Assembly: GCA_017547585.1 (NCBI GenBank)
Contig: JAFYPH010000062.1
Coordinates: 1,593-65,592, forward strand
DNA: 64,000 nucleotides
From: Bacteroidaceae bacterium
GTDB lineage: Bacteria; Bacteroidota; Bacteroidia; Bacteroidales; Bacteroidaceae
Direction of reading: 5' to 3'
Shown: piece after piece, positions 46,041 to 55,347 of the stretch
Layout of the letters: every line of letters starts with the position of its first letter
Position numbering within the stretch: the stretch's first letter is position 1
Translations under genes and position numbers: made by a program
The notes under the pieces: generated by a model
What the model saw: the letters and a program-made list of their open reading frames with translations, nothing else
What the model was told of the DNA's origin: nothing
Database searches by the model: none

Positions 46041-46742
46041 ATGAATGCAATAAGGACGATAGCTATATTTTGTTGCCTTTTTACACTCCTCTCCTTTGAC
46101 GTGAATGCCCAGTCTGCGGTTGCTGCGGGCGACAGCGTGGTATATGCGAAAAGCGGAAAGAGAGTGATATTGGGAACGCACAACAGCGCCACAAGCGGAA
46201 AAACTGTCTGGTGGCAGCGCCTCTTTTCGTGGGCAATCAGCCCCACCTCACGCTGCCAGACAAAGAGTATCGAGGAGCAGCTGCTTGGCGGGGTGCGTCT
46301 TTTCAATCTTCAGGTGTGCCGTTACAAGGGCGAGTGGCACATTTCTCACGGGTTGAGCATCTACGAAGAGAAACTATTCGATGTTCTCGACCAGATGAAG
46401 AAATACAAAGGCATTGTCTTTCAGCTCTATCTGGACAAGAATTTTTTTGTGGGGCAGGATGAAGAGGCCTTTCTCGACCTTGTGGAAGATATTAAAGAGG
46501 AGTATTGCTCGCCCGACTTTATAATGCATATGGCGTGGATAGAGGGTACGGATAAATACCCTCACAAGACCGAATATAAGCTGAAGATAGAGGAACACTA
46601 TTGGACGTCGACGTGGGCCGAGCGATTCGCGGGCTCGTGGGTAGAGAAACTCCCGCTGCCGAAGTCTCACGCAAAGAAATATAATGATAGCTACATTGAG
46701 AATTGCAAGGCCGACTATCTGATGCTCGACTTTTTCGAGTGA
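46041..46742 (+). CDS. Secreted PLC-like phosphodiesterase (PI-PLC X-domain-like)
   Basis: Signal peptide. ILGTHNSATSG and GVRLFNLQV...WHISHG resemble the two catalytic-His regions of bacterial PI-PLC X domains. Confidence 0.5.
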   Translation: MNAIRTIAIFCCLFTLLSFDVNAQSAVAAGDSVVYAKSGKRVILGTHNSATSGKTVWWQRLFSWAISPTSRCQTKSIEEQLLGGVRLFNLQVCRYKGEWHISHGLSIYEEKLFDVLDQMKKYKGIVFQLYLDKNFFVGQDEEAFLDLVEDIKEEYCSPDFIMHMAWIEGTDKYPHKTEYKLKIEEHYWTSTWAERFAGSWVEKLPLPKSHAKKYNDSYIENCKADYLMLDFFE

Positions 46743-46860
46743 TTGTGCGAAAAGCCGGACACTATATTTGCCCGGGCCGAGCAAATATCAAAAATATTTC
46801 TTTGTCGGTTGTGTGGCAATGGCTACCTTTACAGAGTGAAAATTTTAAATGACGATAAAT

Positions 46861-47535
46861 ATGAGAAAAACAGTAAGTTTGTTGTTGCTCGTGGCAACAA
46901 TTTTGTTTGGCAGTTGCGCGCCTAAAGATGGTGACGCAAAGGTGGTGATGGAGACTACCGCCGGAACTATGGAGTTTATTCTTTATGGCGAGACTCCCAA
47001 GCATCGTGACAATTTCATCAAGCTCGCAGGAGAGCAGTATTTCGATTCGTTGCTCTTCCATCGTGTGATAAAGGACTTTATGATTCAGGGAGGCGACCCC
47101 GATTCAAAATATGCTCCGGCGGGTGCGCGTCTGGGCGAGGGTGGTCCCGACTACCGTCTCGATGCAGAGTTTAACCCCCAGCTGCTTCACAAGCGCGGAG
47201 CGTTGGCTGCTGCTCGTGAGGGCGACGCAGTGAATCCCATGAAGCGCTCGTCGGCGAGTCAATTTTATGTAGTGTGGGGAAAAATCTACACTCCTCAGGA
47301 GATTGAGTCCATGAGCCGCAGAATGAAAGAGGTGGGCCTCGGCGAGCTTTCACCCGAGCAGAAAGAGCTCTACTCGACCGTGGGCGGTACCCCCTTCCTC
47401 GACGGACAGTATACTGTCTTTGGCGAGATTACAAAGGGTCTCGAGGTTGTCGATAAGATACAGAATGTAGCTACCGACGCCAACGACCGTCCTTTGGAGG
47501 ATGTAAGAATATTGAGCGTAAAAGTTATCGAATAA
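46861..47535 (+). CDS. Cyclophilin-type peptidyl-prolyl cis-trans isomerase, lipoprotein
   Basis: Start taken at MRKTVSLLLLVATILFGSC; an alternative ATG lies at 46849. Motifs FHRVIKDFMIQGGDP, SQFYVV, YTVFGEI. Confidence 0.9.
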   Translation: MRKTVSLLLLVATILFGSCAPKDGDAKVVMETTAGTMEFILYGETPKHRDNFIKLAGEQYFDSLLFHRVIKDFMIQGGDPDSKYAPAGARLGEGGPDYRLDAEFNPQLLHKRGALAAAREGDAVNPMKRSSASQFYVVWGKIYTPQEIESMSRRMKEVGLGELSPEQKELYSTVGGTPFLDGQYTVFGEITKGLEVVDKIQNVATDANDRPLEDVRILSVKVIE

Positions 47536-47536
47536 T

Positions 47537-47989
47537 ATGCTGAACGTTGGCGATAAAGTGCCCGATTTTCTCGGCAAGGACGAGACGGGGCGCGAGGTGC
47601 GTGTGAGCGATTTTGCAGGCAAGAGGCTTGTAGTCTATTTCTACCCCAAAGACAGCACTCCCGGCTGTACGGCCGAGGCCTGTTCGCTGCGCGACGGCCT
47701 CGACGAGCTTGCGGCTGCGGGCTACGCGGTTGTGGGAGTGAGTGCCGATAGCGAGGCGTCGCATCAGCGTTTCAAGCTCAAGCAGCAGTTGAACTTCCCG
47801 CTGATAGCCGATGTTGACAAGGCTCTCATCAAGCAGTTTGGCGCGTGGGGCGAGAAGAAGATGGCCGGCCGAGTGTACGACGGAATCCTGCGCACCACAT
47901 TCGTGATTTCGGCTGACGACTGCACCGTGGAGCGTGTAATTACAAAGGTCGACACAAAAAATGCGGCCCGTCAGTTGTTGCAGGGGTAA
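47537..47989 (+). CDS. bcp: Thioredoxin-dependent peroxiredoxin Bcp
   Basis: 150 aa; YFYPKDSTPGCTAEA peroxidatic Cys motif. Confidence 0.9.
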   Translation: MLNVGDKVPDFLGKDETGREVRVSDFAGKRLVVYFYPKDSTPGCTAEACSLRDGLDELAAAGYAVVGVSADSEASHQRFKLKQQLNFPLIADVDKALIKQFGAWGEKKMAGRVYDGILRTTFVISADDCTVERVITKVDTKNAARQLLQG

Positions 47990-48064
47990 ATTTTATATAT
48001 ACGAACTTTTTGAGGGTATCGATATTTGTAGTATCTTCGCACGCTCAAAAAATGAATAGTAGTT

Positions 48065-48106
48065 GGTTGCAGAGCCCCGAGGCTCTGCAACCGCTCTCTT
48101 TTTTCT
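48065..48106 (+). terminator. Rho-independent terminator after bcp
   Basis: Hairpin ggttgcagagcc-ccga-ggctctgcaacc, followed a few nt later by a T-run. Confidence 0.8.
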
Positions 48107-48141
48107 TTGTGGGAATAACAAATTATTAAAATATTTACATT

Positions 48142-49053
48142 ATGATTTTTAGTTCTATTTTAGCGCAGGCGGCTGCCGCTTCGGACAGCATTGCAATCAG
48201 TGCCGAGAGCATGCAGGCTGCCATTGCTTCTCTTTCGGGATTGACAGTTGCCGAGATTGTCGAGTATCTTGTGAATGCAGGCCTCACATTGGGTAGCAAA
48301 ATTATCCAGATTGTATTAATCTGGATCGTGGGCCGTTGGCTCTCTAAGCGCCTCGTTTCTATGCTCAAGAATATGATGGCCAAGAAAAAGACCGATGCCT
48401 CTATTCAGACTTTCCTTGTGAGCTTCATTGACATTGTGGTGCTTATTATTCTTCTGATAATCATTATCAGCGTGGTTGGAATCGACACCTCTTCGTTTGT
48501 GGCACTTTTTGCATCGGCCGGTGTTGCCATAGGTATGGCCCTCAGCGGAACATTGCAGAACTTCGCAGGTGGAGTAATGGTGCTTCTTTTCCGTCCCTAC
48601 AAGGTTGGTGACTTTATCGAGGCTCAGGGACAGGCGGGTGTCGTAAAGGAGATTCAGATTTTCAATACTCTCATCCAGACAGGTGACAACCGCATTATCA
48701 TCGTTCCCAACGGTCCTCTTTCGACAGGCATCATCAACAACTACTCTCGCGAGAAGACTCGTCGTATTGACCTTTCGTACTCAATCTCTTATGGTGACGA
48801 CTACGAGCTTGCCAAGAGCGTGCTTCTCGACATTATCGGCAAGGACGAGCGCATTGCAAAGACTCCCGCTCCTTTCGTTGAGCTTGGCTCGTTGGGTGCA
48901 AGCTCTATAGATATTACAGTGCGTGTGTGGTGCAACGCTGCCGATTATTGGGCAATCTATTTTGACATGAACAAGACTGTCTACAAGACCTTCCCCGAGA
49001 AGGGCTTGAACTTCCCCTTCAATACAATGACTGTGGAGATGAAGAAGGCCTAA
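48142..49053 (+). CDS. Small-conductance mechanosensitive channel (MscS family)
   Basis: 303 aa with 3 TM segments. Conserved pore/beta domain: LQNFAGGVMVLLFRPYKVGDFIE...GVVKEIQIFNT...DNRIIIVPNG. Confidence 0.9.
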   Translation: MIFSSILAQAAAASDSIAISAESMQAAIASLSGLTVAEIVEYLVNAGLTLGSKIIQIVLIWIVGRWLSKRLVSMLKNMMAKKKTDASIQTFLVSFIDIVVLIILLIIIISVVGIDTSSFVALFASAGVAIGMALSGTLQNFAGGVMVLLFRPYKVGDFIEAQGQAGVVKEIQIFNTLIQTGDNRIIIVPNGPLSTGIINNYSREKTRRIDLSYSISYGDDYELAKSVLLDIIGKDERIAKTPAPFVELGSLGASSIDITVRVWCNAADYWAIYFDMNKTVYKTFPEKGLNFPFNTMTVEMKKA

Positions 49054-49074
49054 TCTTTCTTCTATCGAGTGAAA

Positions 49075-49110
49075 ATGGAGCCGTCCCTGCGGGTGCGGCT
49101 CCATTTTTTT
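49075..49110 (+). terminator. Rho-independent terminator after the MscS gene
   Basis: Stem atggagccg / cggctccat followed by ttttttt. Confidence 0.7.
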
Positions 49111-49187
49111 ATAAATATTCGTTAATGTGGGGGGCAGCTACGCAATTTTACACTATATTTACGCAGCTATTAATAATTATCTGTATT

Positions 49188-50138
49188 ATGAAGAGAGGAA
49201 CTTATGCGATTGGTGCAGGCCTTGTGGCTCTGTTTGTTGCCGGACTTTTGATTTTTGCCTTCAAGGCTTGTGGCTTTTCTGTCAATGGAATTTCCGAGGG
49301 CGACGAAGCTGCGCTGAATGATACTGTGCGTGTGTGCGAGAATTTGACCTATGGTGGCAAAGAGAGAAATGTTTTTGACCTATACATTCCTGCGGGGGCC
49401 GACAAAAGAGAGGAGCATGCTCTTATTCTCTTTCTGCACGGTGGTTCGTGGACGTCGGGCGACAAGGCCTCTATGGCCGACGATTGCCGTTTCTTTGCCG
49501 AGCGTGGCTACGTTACCGCTACCATGAACTACTCTTTCCTGAATATGATGGGCGAAGAGAAGGTCGATTTTACCACCATGATGACCGAGATTGCGACGGC
49601 TCTTTCGGCTATCAAAGGCTACGCGGCTGCGCAGGGAGTGAACGTGACGAAGGTTGCTCTTTCGGGCTATTCGGCCGGAGCGCATCTTGCTCTTCTCTAT
49701 ACTTACAGCATGGCCGGCCATTCGCCTCTGCCGGTGCTCTTTGTACATTCAAAGGCGGGCCCTGCCGATTTTCGCACCTTCTCACCCTCGTCGTCCGATG
49801 TTCAGGATTTTATGGCTAAAATGGGTGTCGGCAGCGATGAAAAGTCTGTCGAGGAACTTCTGAAGAACGAAAAGGTTGTGGCGATGATACAGGCTGTCTC
49901 TCCTGTCTTTTATGTGAAGGGTGGGGCGGCGCCTGCCATTCTTTCCTATGGCCGTCAGGATGGTCTTGTAGTGTGGGGAAATGTTGCGTCTATGATGAAC
50001 GTTCTTGATGCAAACGTTGTTGATTATAAGCTGATTGAGTATCCTAATTCGGGACACGGCCTCGACAAAGACGCAGATAGTGCTCAGCGCTCCGTTGATG
50101 CGATGCTTGATTATGCAAAGAAATATTTTGGATATTAA
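49188..50138 (+). CDS. Alpha/beta hydrolase (esterase/lipase type)
   Basis: Start taken at MKRGTYAIGAGLVALF (membrane anchor or signal). Oxyanion LFLHGGSW and nucleophile elbow GYSAGA. Confidence 0.8.
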   Translation: MKRGTYAIGAGLVALFVAGLLIFAFKACGFSVNGISEGDEAALNDTVRVCENLTYGGKERNVFDLYIPAGADKREEHALILFLHGGSWTSGDKASMADDCRFFAERGYVTATMNYSFLNMMGEEKVDFTTMMTEIATALSAIKGYAAAQGVNVTKVALSGYSAGAHLALLYTYSMAGHSPLPVLFVHSKAGPADFRTFSPSSSDVQDFMAKMGVGSDEKSVEELLKNEKVVAMIQAVSPVFYVKGGAAPAILSYGRQDGLVVWGNVASMMNVLDANVVDYKLIEYPNSGHGLDKDADSAQRSVDAMLDYAKKYFGY

Positions 50139-50142
50139 GCTT

Positions 50143-50559
50143 ATGACACTCAAAGAATTTATATCAAAAGGCGACAGATTCGCGGCGAATGCCGGCGCCA
50201 AGCTTGTAACCGTGAAAGATGGTTACGCAATGTCGCAGATGGTTGTCACCAAAGAGCATCTTAATGCGGGCGGAGTCTGTCAGGGTGGTGCTATTTTCAC
50301 TCTTGCCGACGTTGCGCTTGCTGCTGTTACAAACTCCAATTTTCAGCTCACTTTCGCCATCGATTCCTCTATCTTCTACCACCGTTCGGCGATGCTCGGC
50401 GACCTGCTCACTGCCGAGGCGGTTGCTGTCTCGCGTCATCCGAAAATCCCATATTGCGAGGTTAAGGTAAAGAATCAGGATGATGTTCTTATTGCCTCTT
50501 TTCAGGCTACCTGCTACAATAAGCGTGTGCCGCTCGAGGGGGTGGATGCTCTTGAGTAA
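50143..50559 (+). CDS. PaaI-family hotdog-fold thioesterase
   Basis: Start taken at MTLKEFISKGDRF. NAGGVCQGGAIFTLADVA is typical of PaaI/YbgC-like thioesterases. Confidence 0.8.
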   Translation: MTLKEFISKGDRFAANAGAKLVTVKDGYAMSQMVVTKEHLNAGGVCQGGAIFTLADVALAAVTNSNFQLTFAIDSSIFYHRSAMLGDLLTAEAVAVSRHPKIPYCEVKVKNQDDVLIASFQATCYNKRVPLEGVDALE

Positions 50560-50567
50560 CAGCGTGA

Positions 50568-51206
50568 TTATTCTTGTGTGAATTCTATTCCGCAGCTTTT
50601 GCAGTTGCGCTCGATGGCGGCTGCAAGCTCCTCGGTTGAGATTCCTAAAATCGTGGCAATGTTATTATAGTGTAGGGCGAGCGGGGCGCAATCTTCGTCG
50701 CGTTCAATGAACAGCCTGTCGATGGGGGTGCTCAAAAGGCTCTCTCTGTTGAATTTCGTGCCGTAGGAGAGGAAGAACCCCTCGGCCAGATATTGCCGCG
50801 CCTGTTCGGGCTTTCCGCGGAATCCGTGAACTATCCACGCTTGCGTGGGGCGGCGCTCTTTGTGCAGACGCATGATAATCTCCTGCCCCTTTACAATGTG
50901 CAGTATCAGCGGCTTTTGCAGTTGCTCCGAAAGTTCAATGTGGGCTTTCAGAATCTCTGTCTGCGTCTCTATCGTGGCCTTGCTGCCCACAGTGTCGATG
51001 CCGCACTCTCCGATGGCTTTTACATTTTCCATGCGCGCCAGCCTTGCAATCTCCTGCATCTTTTGCCCGCACTCTGCGTCGATGTTCCACGGGTGCAGCC
51101 CGACGGAAATGTTCTTTTCCTCAACGTTGTGCCCGTCGGTGCAGCTTAGGATGAAAAGATTGCCGTCATTGTCTCTGTGGTGAGTGTGCAGGTCTATGAG
51201 TCTCAT
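50568..51206 (-). CDS. TatD-family metal-dependent hydrolase
   Basis: MRLIDLHTHH..., IGECGID, VHGF: the TatD-related motif series. Confidence 0.8.
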   Translation of the reverse strand: MRLIDLHTHHRDNDGNLFILSCTDGHNVEEKNISVGLHPWNIDAECGQKMQEIARLARMENVKAIGECGIDTVGSKATIETQTEILKAHIELSEQLQKPLILHIVKGQEIIMRLHKERRPTQAWIVHGFRGKPEQARQYLAEGFFLSYGTKFNRESLLSTPIDRLFIERDEDCAPLALHYNNIATILGISTEELAAAIERNCKSCGIEFTQE

Positions 51207-51216
51207 GAGCGAAGCT

Positions 51217-51253
51217 ATTTTAAAAGAGAGAGCACCAAGAATGGTGCTCTCTG
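51217..51253 (-). terminator. Rho-independent terminator after the GH27 gene
   Basis: On the minus strand: agagagcacca-ttct-tggtgctctct followed by a T-rich tract. Confidence 0.6.
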
Positions 51254-51260
51254 TCTGTAT

Positions 51261-52907
51261 TTACTGCTTGATAATGTAGGGCTTGTCTACAATCTTCTCT
51301 TCGGTGTTGGGGGGCGACACAATCAGCAGCGAGCATCCGTGGGGAGCAATCTCCTCCTCGTATCTGTCGCGGGGGCCGATTTTTGCAACGTCCTTCTGAC
51401 GCCATACGTCGCGCACGGTAATCTCCTTGCTCCACAATCCCAATGTACGGGGGGTGAATCCTATCTTCTGGGGCTTTGTAGAGGTGTTGAAAAGACCTAC
51501 TGCCAAATTGCCATTCTCGAGGATTTTTACATAAACAACGTAACCGTCGCCTCTGAAGTAGGGAACGCCGCGCATGCCCAAGGGGTCCTGACAGATGTCG
51601 TTAACCTCGTAGTTGCAGAGCAGGCTCAATGTAAAGTCGTCCATCTGTGCAATGTCGCAGCCGATGAGGAAGGGTGACGAGAAGAGTGCCCACAAAGAGA
51701 TGTGTGTGTACTGCTCGTCGGGTGTCAGACGTGTGTAGTGCAGGTTGGGGCCCCAGCCTACCATTCCCACTACGAGCATGTCCGCGTCGGCCCAGTGGCC
51801 GGGGCCGCTGAATGCGGGCCAACGATCCTGCGGGCCGAAGCCGATGCGCACGATGCTGCTCCATGTGTCGAAAATATCATCGGTGGTGCGCCAGCACTGT
51901 GTAAGTTTGGACCATGTGCGTGCCATTGCAAAGGGGTCCGAGCCCGAAATGCTCAGCGCAATGTCGCGGCCGGTTGCGCGCAGCGCGTCGGCCATCTCCT
52001 TTGTGTAGTAGTAGTCGTTGGGGTTCCAGTCGTACTTAAGATAGTCGATGCCCCAGTCGGCCCACTGCTTCGCATCCTGCTCGGCAAATGAGTATGCTCC
52101 ATGGTAGCGGAAGTAACCGCTGTGAAGCTTCTTGTTGGGGTCTTCGAGCTTGTAATTCTCGTCGCAAACGCCCTTCTCTATCCATTCGTATTTTCCTTCG
52201 GGGTTGTCACACTGTGTACCAATGTGGCCCAAATATGTGCACACCCAAGGAGCCGAGTAGATTCCGGCCTTAAGACCCATTCCGTGGATGGTGTCCACAA
52301 GGCCTTTGATGTCCTCGAACTTCTTGTTGGGCTGAATGGCATTGTATTTTCCGCCGCGGATGCCCTGCCATCCGTCGTCGATGTTAATGTATGTGTAGCC
52401 GTAGTTTGCAAGGCCTTTGTCGACCATTGCTTTTGCCGAACTGAGCACCTTCTCTTGGCTGACGCTCTTGCCCCAGCAGTTCCAGCTGTTCCAGCCCATG
52501 GGGGGTGTCAGCAGAATATCCTCGCCGACAACGATGCGCAGGTCGCGCTCGGCCTCACCCAATGTGTTCTTTGCGCGCAGGGTTACATTGTATGTGCCCT
52601 CTTTTTTGAGAACTCCGGTGATGATACCTGTCTTCTCGTCGAGCTTCAGTCCTTTGGGCAGTCCCTCGGCCGAGAAGGTCATGGGACGGATACCCGTTGC
52701 GGCTATCGTGTAGCGGAACTCTGCCTTGGGGCGCACTCCGAATACGCGCGCGCTGTTGATGCGCGGGGTGTTGGGCGCGGGGGGCGTCAGAATGTACTTT
52801 GAATTGTCGGGGGCTGTCGCTTTTTTCTCTTGCGCGACAGACTGCTGCGGCAATATTGCCGCCACCATCAGCAGTGCAATCAAAAATTTGGCTGTGTAAT
52901 TTTTCAT
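51261..52907 (-). CDS. Alpha-galactosidase, GH27, with an N-terminal Ig-like domain
   Basis: Start taken at MKNYTAKFLIALLMVAAILPQQSVAQ. PPMGWNSWNCWG, YINIDDGWQ and DYLKYDW are GH27 signatures. A putative Ig domain (FRYTIAATG...GLPKGLKLDEKTGIITG) precedes them. Confidence 0.9.
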   Translation of the reverse strand: MKNYTAKFLIALLMVAAILPQQSVAQEKKATAPDNSKYILTPPAPNTPRINSARVFGVRPKAEFRYTIAATGIRPMTFSAEGLPKGLKLDEKTGIITGVLKKEGTYNVTLRAKNTLGEAERDLRIVVGEDILLTPPMGWNSWNCWGKSVSQEKVLSSAKAMVDKGLANYGYTYINIDDGWQGIRGGKYNAIQPNKKFEDIKGLVDTIHGMGLKAGIYSAPWVCTYLGHIGTQCDNPEGKYEWIEKGVCDENYKLEDPNKKLHSGYFRYHGAYSFAEQDAKQWADWGIDYLKYDWNPNDYYYTKEMADALRATGRDIALSISGSDPFAMARTWSKLTQCWRTTDDIFDTWSSIVRIGFGPQDRWPAFSGPGHWADADMLVVGMVGWGPNLHYTRLTPDEQYTHISLWALFSSPFLIGCDIAQMDDFTLSLLCNYEVNDICQDPLGMRGVPYFRGDGYVVYVKILENGNLAVGLFNTSTKPQKIGFTPRTLGLWSKEITVRDVWRQKDVAKIGPRDRYEEEIAPHGCSLLIVSPPNTEEKIVDKPYIIKQ

Positions 52908-53021
52908 ATTTTTATTTGTTGATTTTTTGTTGTCTGTAGCCAGTGTGTTTACACTCTTTTGCAAAGCTATAAATTTATTTTAAAATAAAGAGTGTAAAAG
53001 AAAATTGTTTTTGCATTTAAC

Positions 53022-53058
53022 AAAAAAATCCTGCCCGACATTGTCGAGCAGGATTTTA
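53022..53058 (-). terminator. Rho-independent terminator after rpsO
   Basis: Stem atcctgc/gcaggat with a T-run on the minus strand. Confidence 0.65.
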
Positions 53059-53079
53059 AAGTTGCTTTTGCGCGATAGA

Positions 53080-53349
53080 TTATCGACGCAAGCCCAATTT
53101 TGCAATGATAGCACGGTAGCGCTCGATGTCGCGATCCTTCAAGTATTTGAGGAGCGCACGACGCTTACCTACCAACATTGTCAAAGCTCTCTGTGTACTA
53201 TAATCTTTACGGTTAGCTTTGAGGTGTTCCGTCAAATGGGCAATACGGTACGAAAACAACGCTATCTGGCTCTCTGCAGAACCTGTATCAGTGTTAGACT
53301 TTCCGTAAGTACCAAAGATCTCTTGTTTTTTAGCTGCATCTAAATACAT
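53080..53349 (-). CDS. rpsO: 30S ribosomal protein S15
   Basis: 89 aa from MYLDAAKKQEIF...; TGSAESQIALFSYRIAHLTEHLKANRKD is a canonical S15 sequence. Confidence 0.95.
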   Translation of the reverse strand: MYLDAAKKQEIFGTYGKSNTDTGSAESQIALFSYRIAHLTEHLKANRKDYSTQRALTMLVGKRRALLKYLKDRDIERYRAIIAKLGLRR

Positions 53350-53519
53350 AGACATTTTGTTTTTTAAGTGTATAACTTTGTTTTTTAGCGGCGCAAAGGT
53401 ACGCATAATTTTTGAAAATGCAATCATTTGGCACTCTTTTTCTTCAAAAAGAATTTCAGGGTGCCTATTTTCTTCTTATACTTCTATAATAAATAGGGGA
53501 ATTTTCCGATATTTTGTTG

Positions 53520-53527
53520 TACCTTTG
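53520..53527 (+). promoter_or_regulatory. -7 promoter box (TACCTTTG) for typA
   Basis: TAnnTTTG match 23 nt upstream of the typA ATG. Confidence 0.45.
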
Positions 53528-53550
53528 CAGACGAATTTAGAATAAAAAGT

Positions 53551-55347
53551 ATGCAGGAAATTAGAAACATTGCCATTATTGCACACGTCGATCATGGTAA
53601 GACCACTCTGGTGGACAAAATGATGCTCGCGGGCAATCTGTTGAAAGAGCAGGACAACGATGCTCTCACACTCGATAACAACGACCTTGAGCGCGAGCGT
53701 GGAATCACCATTCTCTCGAAAAACGTCTCTATAGAATATAAAAACACCAAGATTAATATTATCGACACTCCGGGACACTCTGACTTTGGTGGAGAGGTGG
53801 AGCGTGTACTCAATATGGCCGACGGCTGCCTGTTGCTTGTGGATGCCTTCGAGGGTCCCATGCCTCAGACACGTTTCGTGCTGCAGAAGGCTCTCCAGAT
53901 TGGCCTCAAGCCCATCGTGGTTGTCAACAAGGTGGACAAACCCAACTGCCGCCCCGACGAGGTGCACGAAATGGTGTTCGACCTTATGTTCTCGCTCGAC
54001 GCTACCGAGGAGCAGCTTGACTTCCCTGTAATCTTCGGCTCGGCAAAGAACAACTGGATGAGCAAGGACTGGCGCAACCAGACTGACAGCATCATTCCTC
54101 TGCTCGATGCAATTATCGAGCATATTCCCGCTCCCGAGAAGAACGAGGGTACTCCCCAGATGCTCATTACTTCGCTCGACTATTCGCCCTATACGGGCCG
54201 TATAGCCATTGGTCGCATTCATCGTGGCGAGCTCAACGAGGGTAGCAATATGACTCTTGTTAATCGCAACGGCGAACAGACAAAGGTAAAAATCAAAGAA
54301 TTGCATACTTTCGAGGGCCTCGGCCGTCGTCGCGCACAGAGTGTTGGTTGTGGCGATATTTGCGCCATCGTAGGTCTCGAGAAGTTCGAGATTGGCGACA
54401 CTATCTGCGACTTCGAGAATCCCGAGCCTCTGCCTCCCATCAGCATCGACGAGCCTACAATGAGTATGCTCTTCACCATAAACGACTCGCCCTTCTTCGG
54501 TAAAGAGGGTAAGTTCGTAACTTCGCGCCACATTCAGGAGCGCCTCGACAAAGAGCTTGACAAGAACCTTGCTCTGCGCGTGAGCAAGTCTCCCGAGGAG
54601 GATGCGTGGACAGTATTCGGCCGCGGAGTGCTTCACCTCTCGGTGCTCATTGAGACTATGCGTCGCGAGGGCTACGAGCTTCAGGTGGGTCAGCCTCAGG
54701 TAATCTACAAAGAGATTAACGGCGAGCGTTGCGAGCCTGTCGAGGAGCTTACAATCAACGTGCCCAGCGACTATTCGAGCAAGATGATAGACATGATTAC
54801 CCGCCGTAAGGGAGAAATGACCTCTATGGAGGCTCAGGGCGAGCGCGTGAACATTGAGTTCAACATTCCTTCGCGAGGAATCATCGGATTGCGTACAAAT
54901 ATCCTCACCGCATCGGCCGGCGAGGCTATAATGGCTCACCGTTTCAAAGAGTACCAGCCCTACAAGGGCGATATCGAGCGTCGCGTGAACGGCTCTATGG
55001 TGGCAATGGAGAGCGGAACAGCGTTTGCTTATGCTATCGACAAACTGCAGGAGCGCGGACGTTTCTTCATCAATCCTCAGGATGAGGTCTACGCAGGTCA
55101 GGTAGTGGGCGAGCACGTACACGATAATGACCTTGTGATTAATGTAACAAAGAGCAAGAAACTTACAAATATGCGTGCGAGCGGCTCGGACGACAAGGTG
55201 CGCATCGTGCCTCCCGTAGTATTCTCGCTCGAAGAGGCGCTCGAATACATTAAGGAGGATGAGTACGTAGAGGTTACTCCCAAGTCTATGCGCATGCGCA
55301 AGATTATCCTCGACGAAATTGAACGCAAAAGAGCAAATAAAGTATGA
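53551..55347 (+). CDS. typA: Translational GTPase TypA/BipA
   Basis: IRNIAIIAHVDHGKTTLVD, DTPGHSDF, NKVD G-motifs; 598 aa. Confidence 0.95.
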   Translation: MQEIRNIAIIAHVDHGKTTLVDKMMLAGNLLKEQDNDALTLDNNDLERERGITILSKNVSIEYKNTKINIIDTPGHSDFGGEVERVLNMADGCLLLVDAFEGPMPQTRFVLQKALQIGLKPIVVVNKVDKPNCRPDEVHEMVFDLMFSLDATEEQLDFPVIFGSAKNNWMSKDWRNQTDSIIPLLDAIIEHIPAPEKNEGTPQMLITSLDYSPYTGRIAIGRIHRGELNEGSNMTLVNRNGEQTKVKIKELHTFEGLGRRRAQSVGCGDICAIVGLEKFEIGDTICDFENPEPLPPISIDEPTMSMLFTINDSPFFGKEGKFVTSRHIQERLDKELDKNLALRVSKSPEEDAWTVFGRGVLHLSVLIETMRREGYELQVGQPQVIYKEINGERCEPVEELTINVPSDYSSKMIDMITRRKGEMTSMEAQGERVNIEFNIPSRGIIGLRTNILTASAGEAIMAHRFKEYQPYKGDIERRVNGSMVAMESGTAFAYAIDKLQERGRFFINPQDEVYAGQVVGEHVHDNDLVINVTKSKKLTNMRASGSDDKVRIVPPVVFSLEEALEYIKEDEYVEVTPKSMRMRKIILDEIERKRANKV

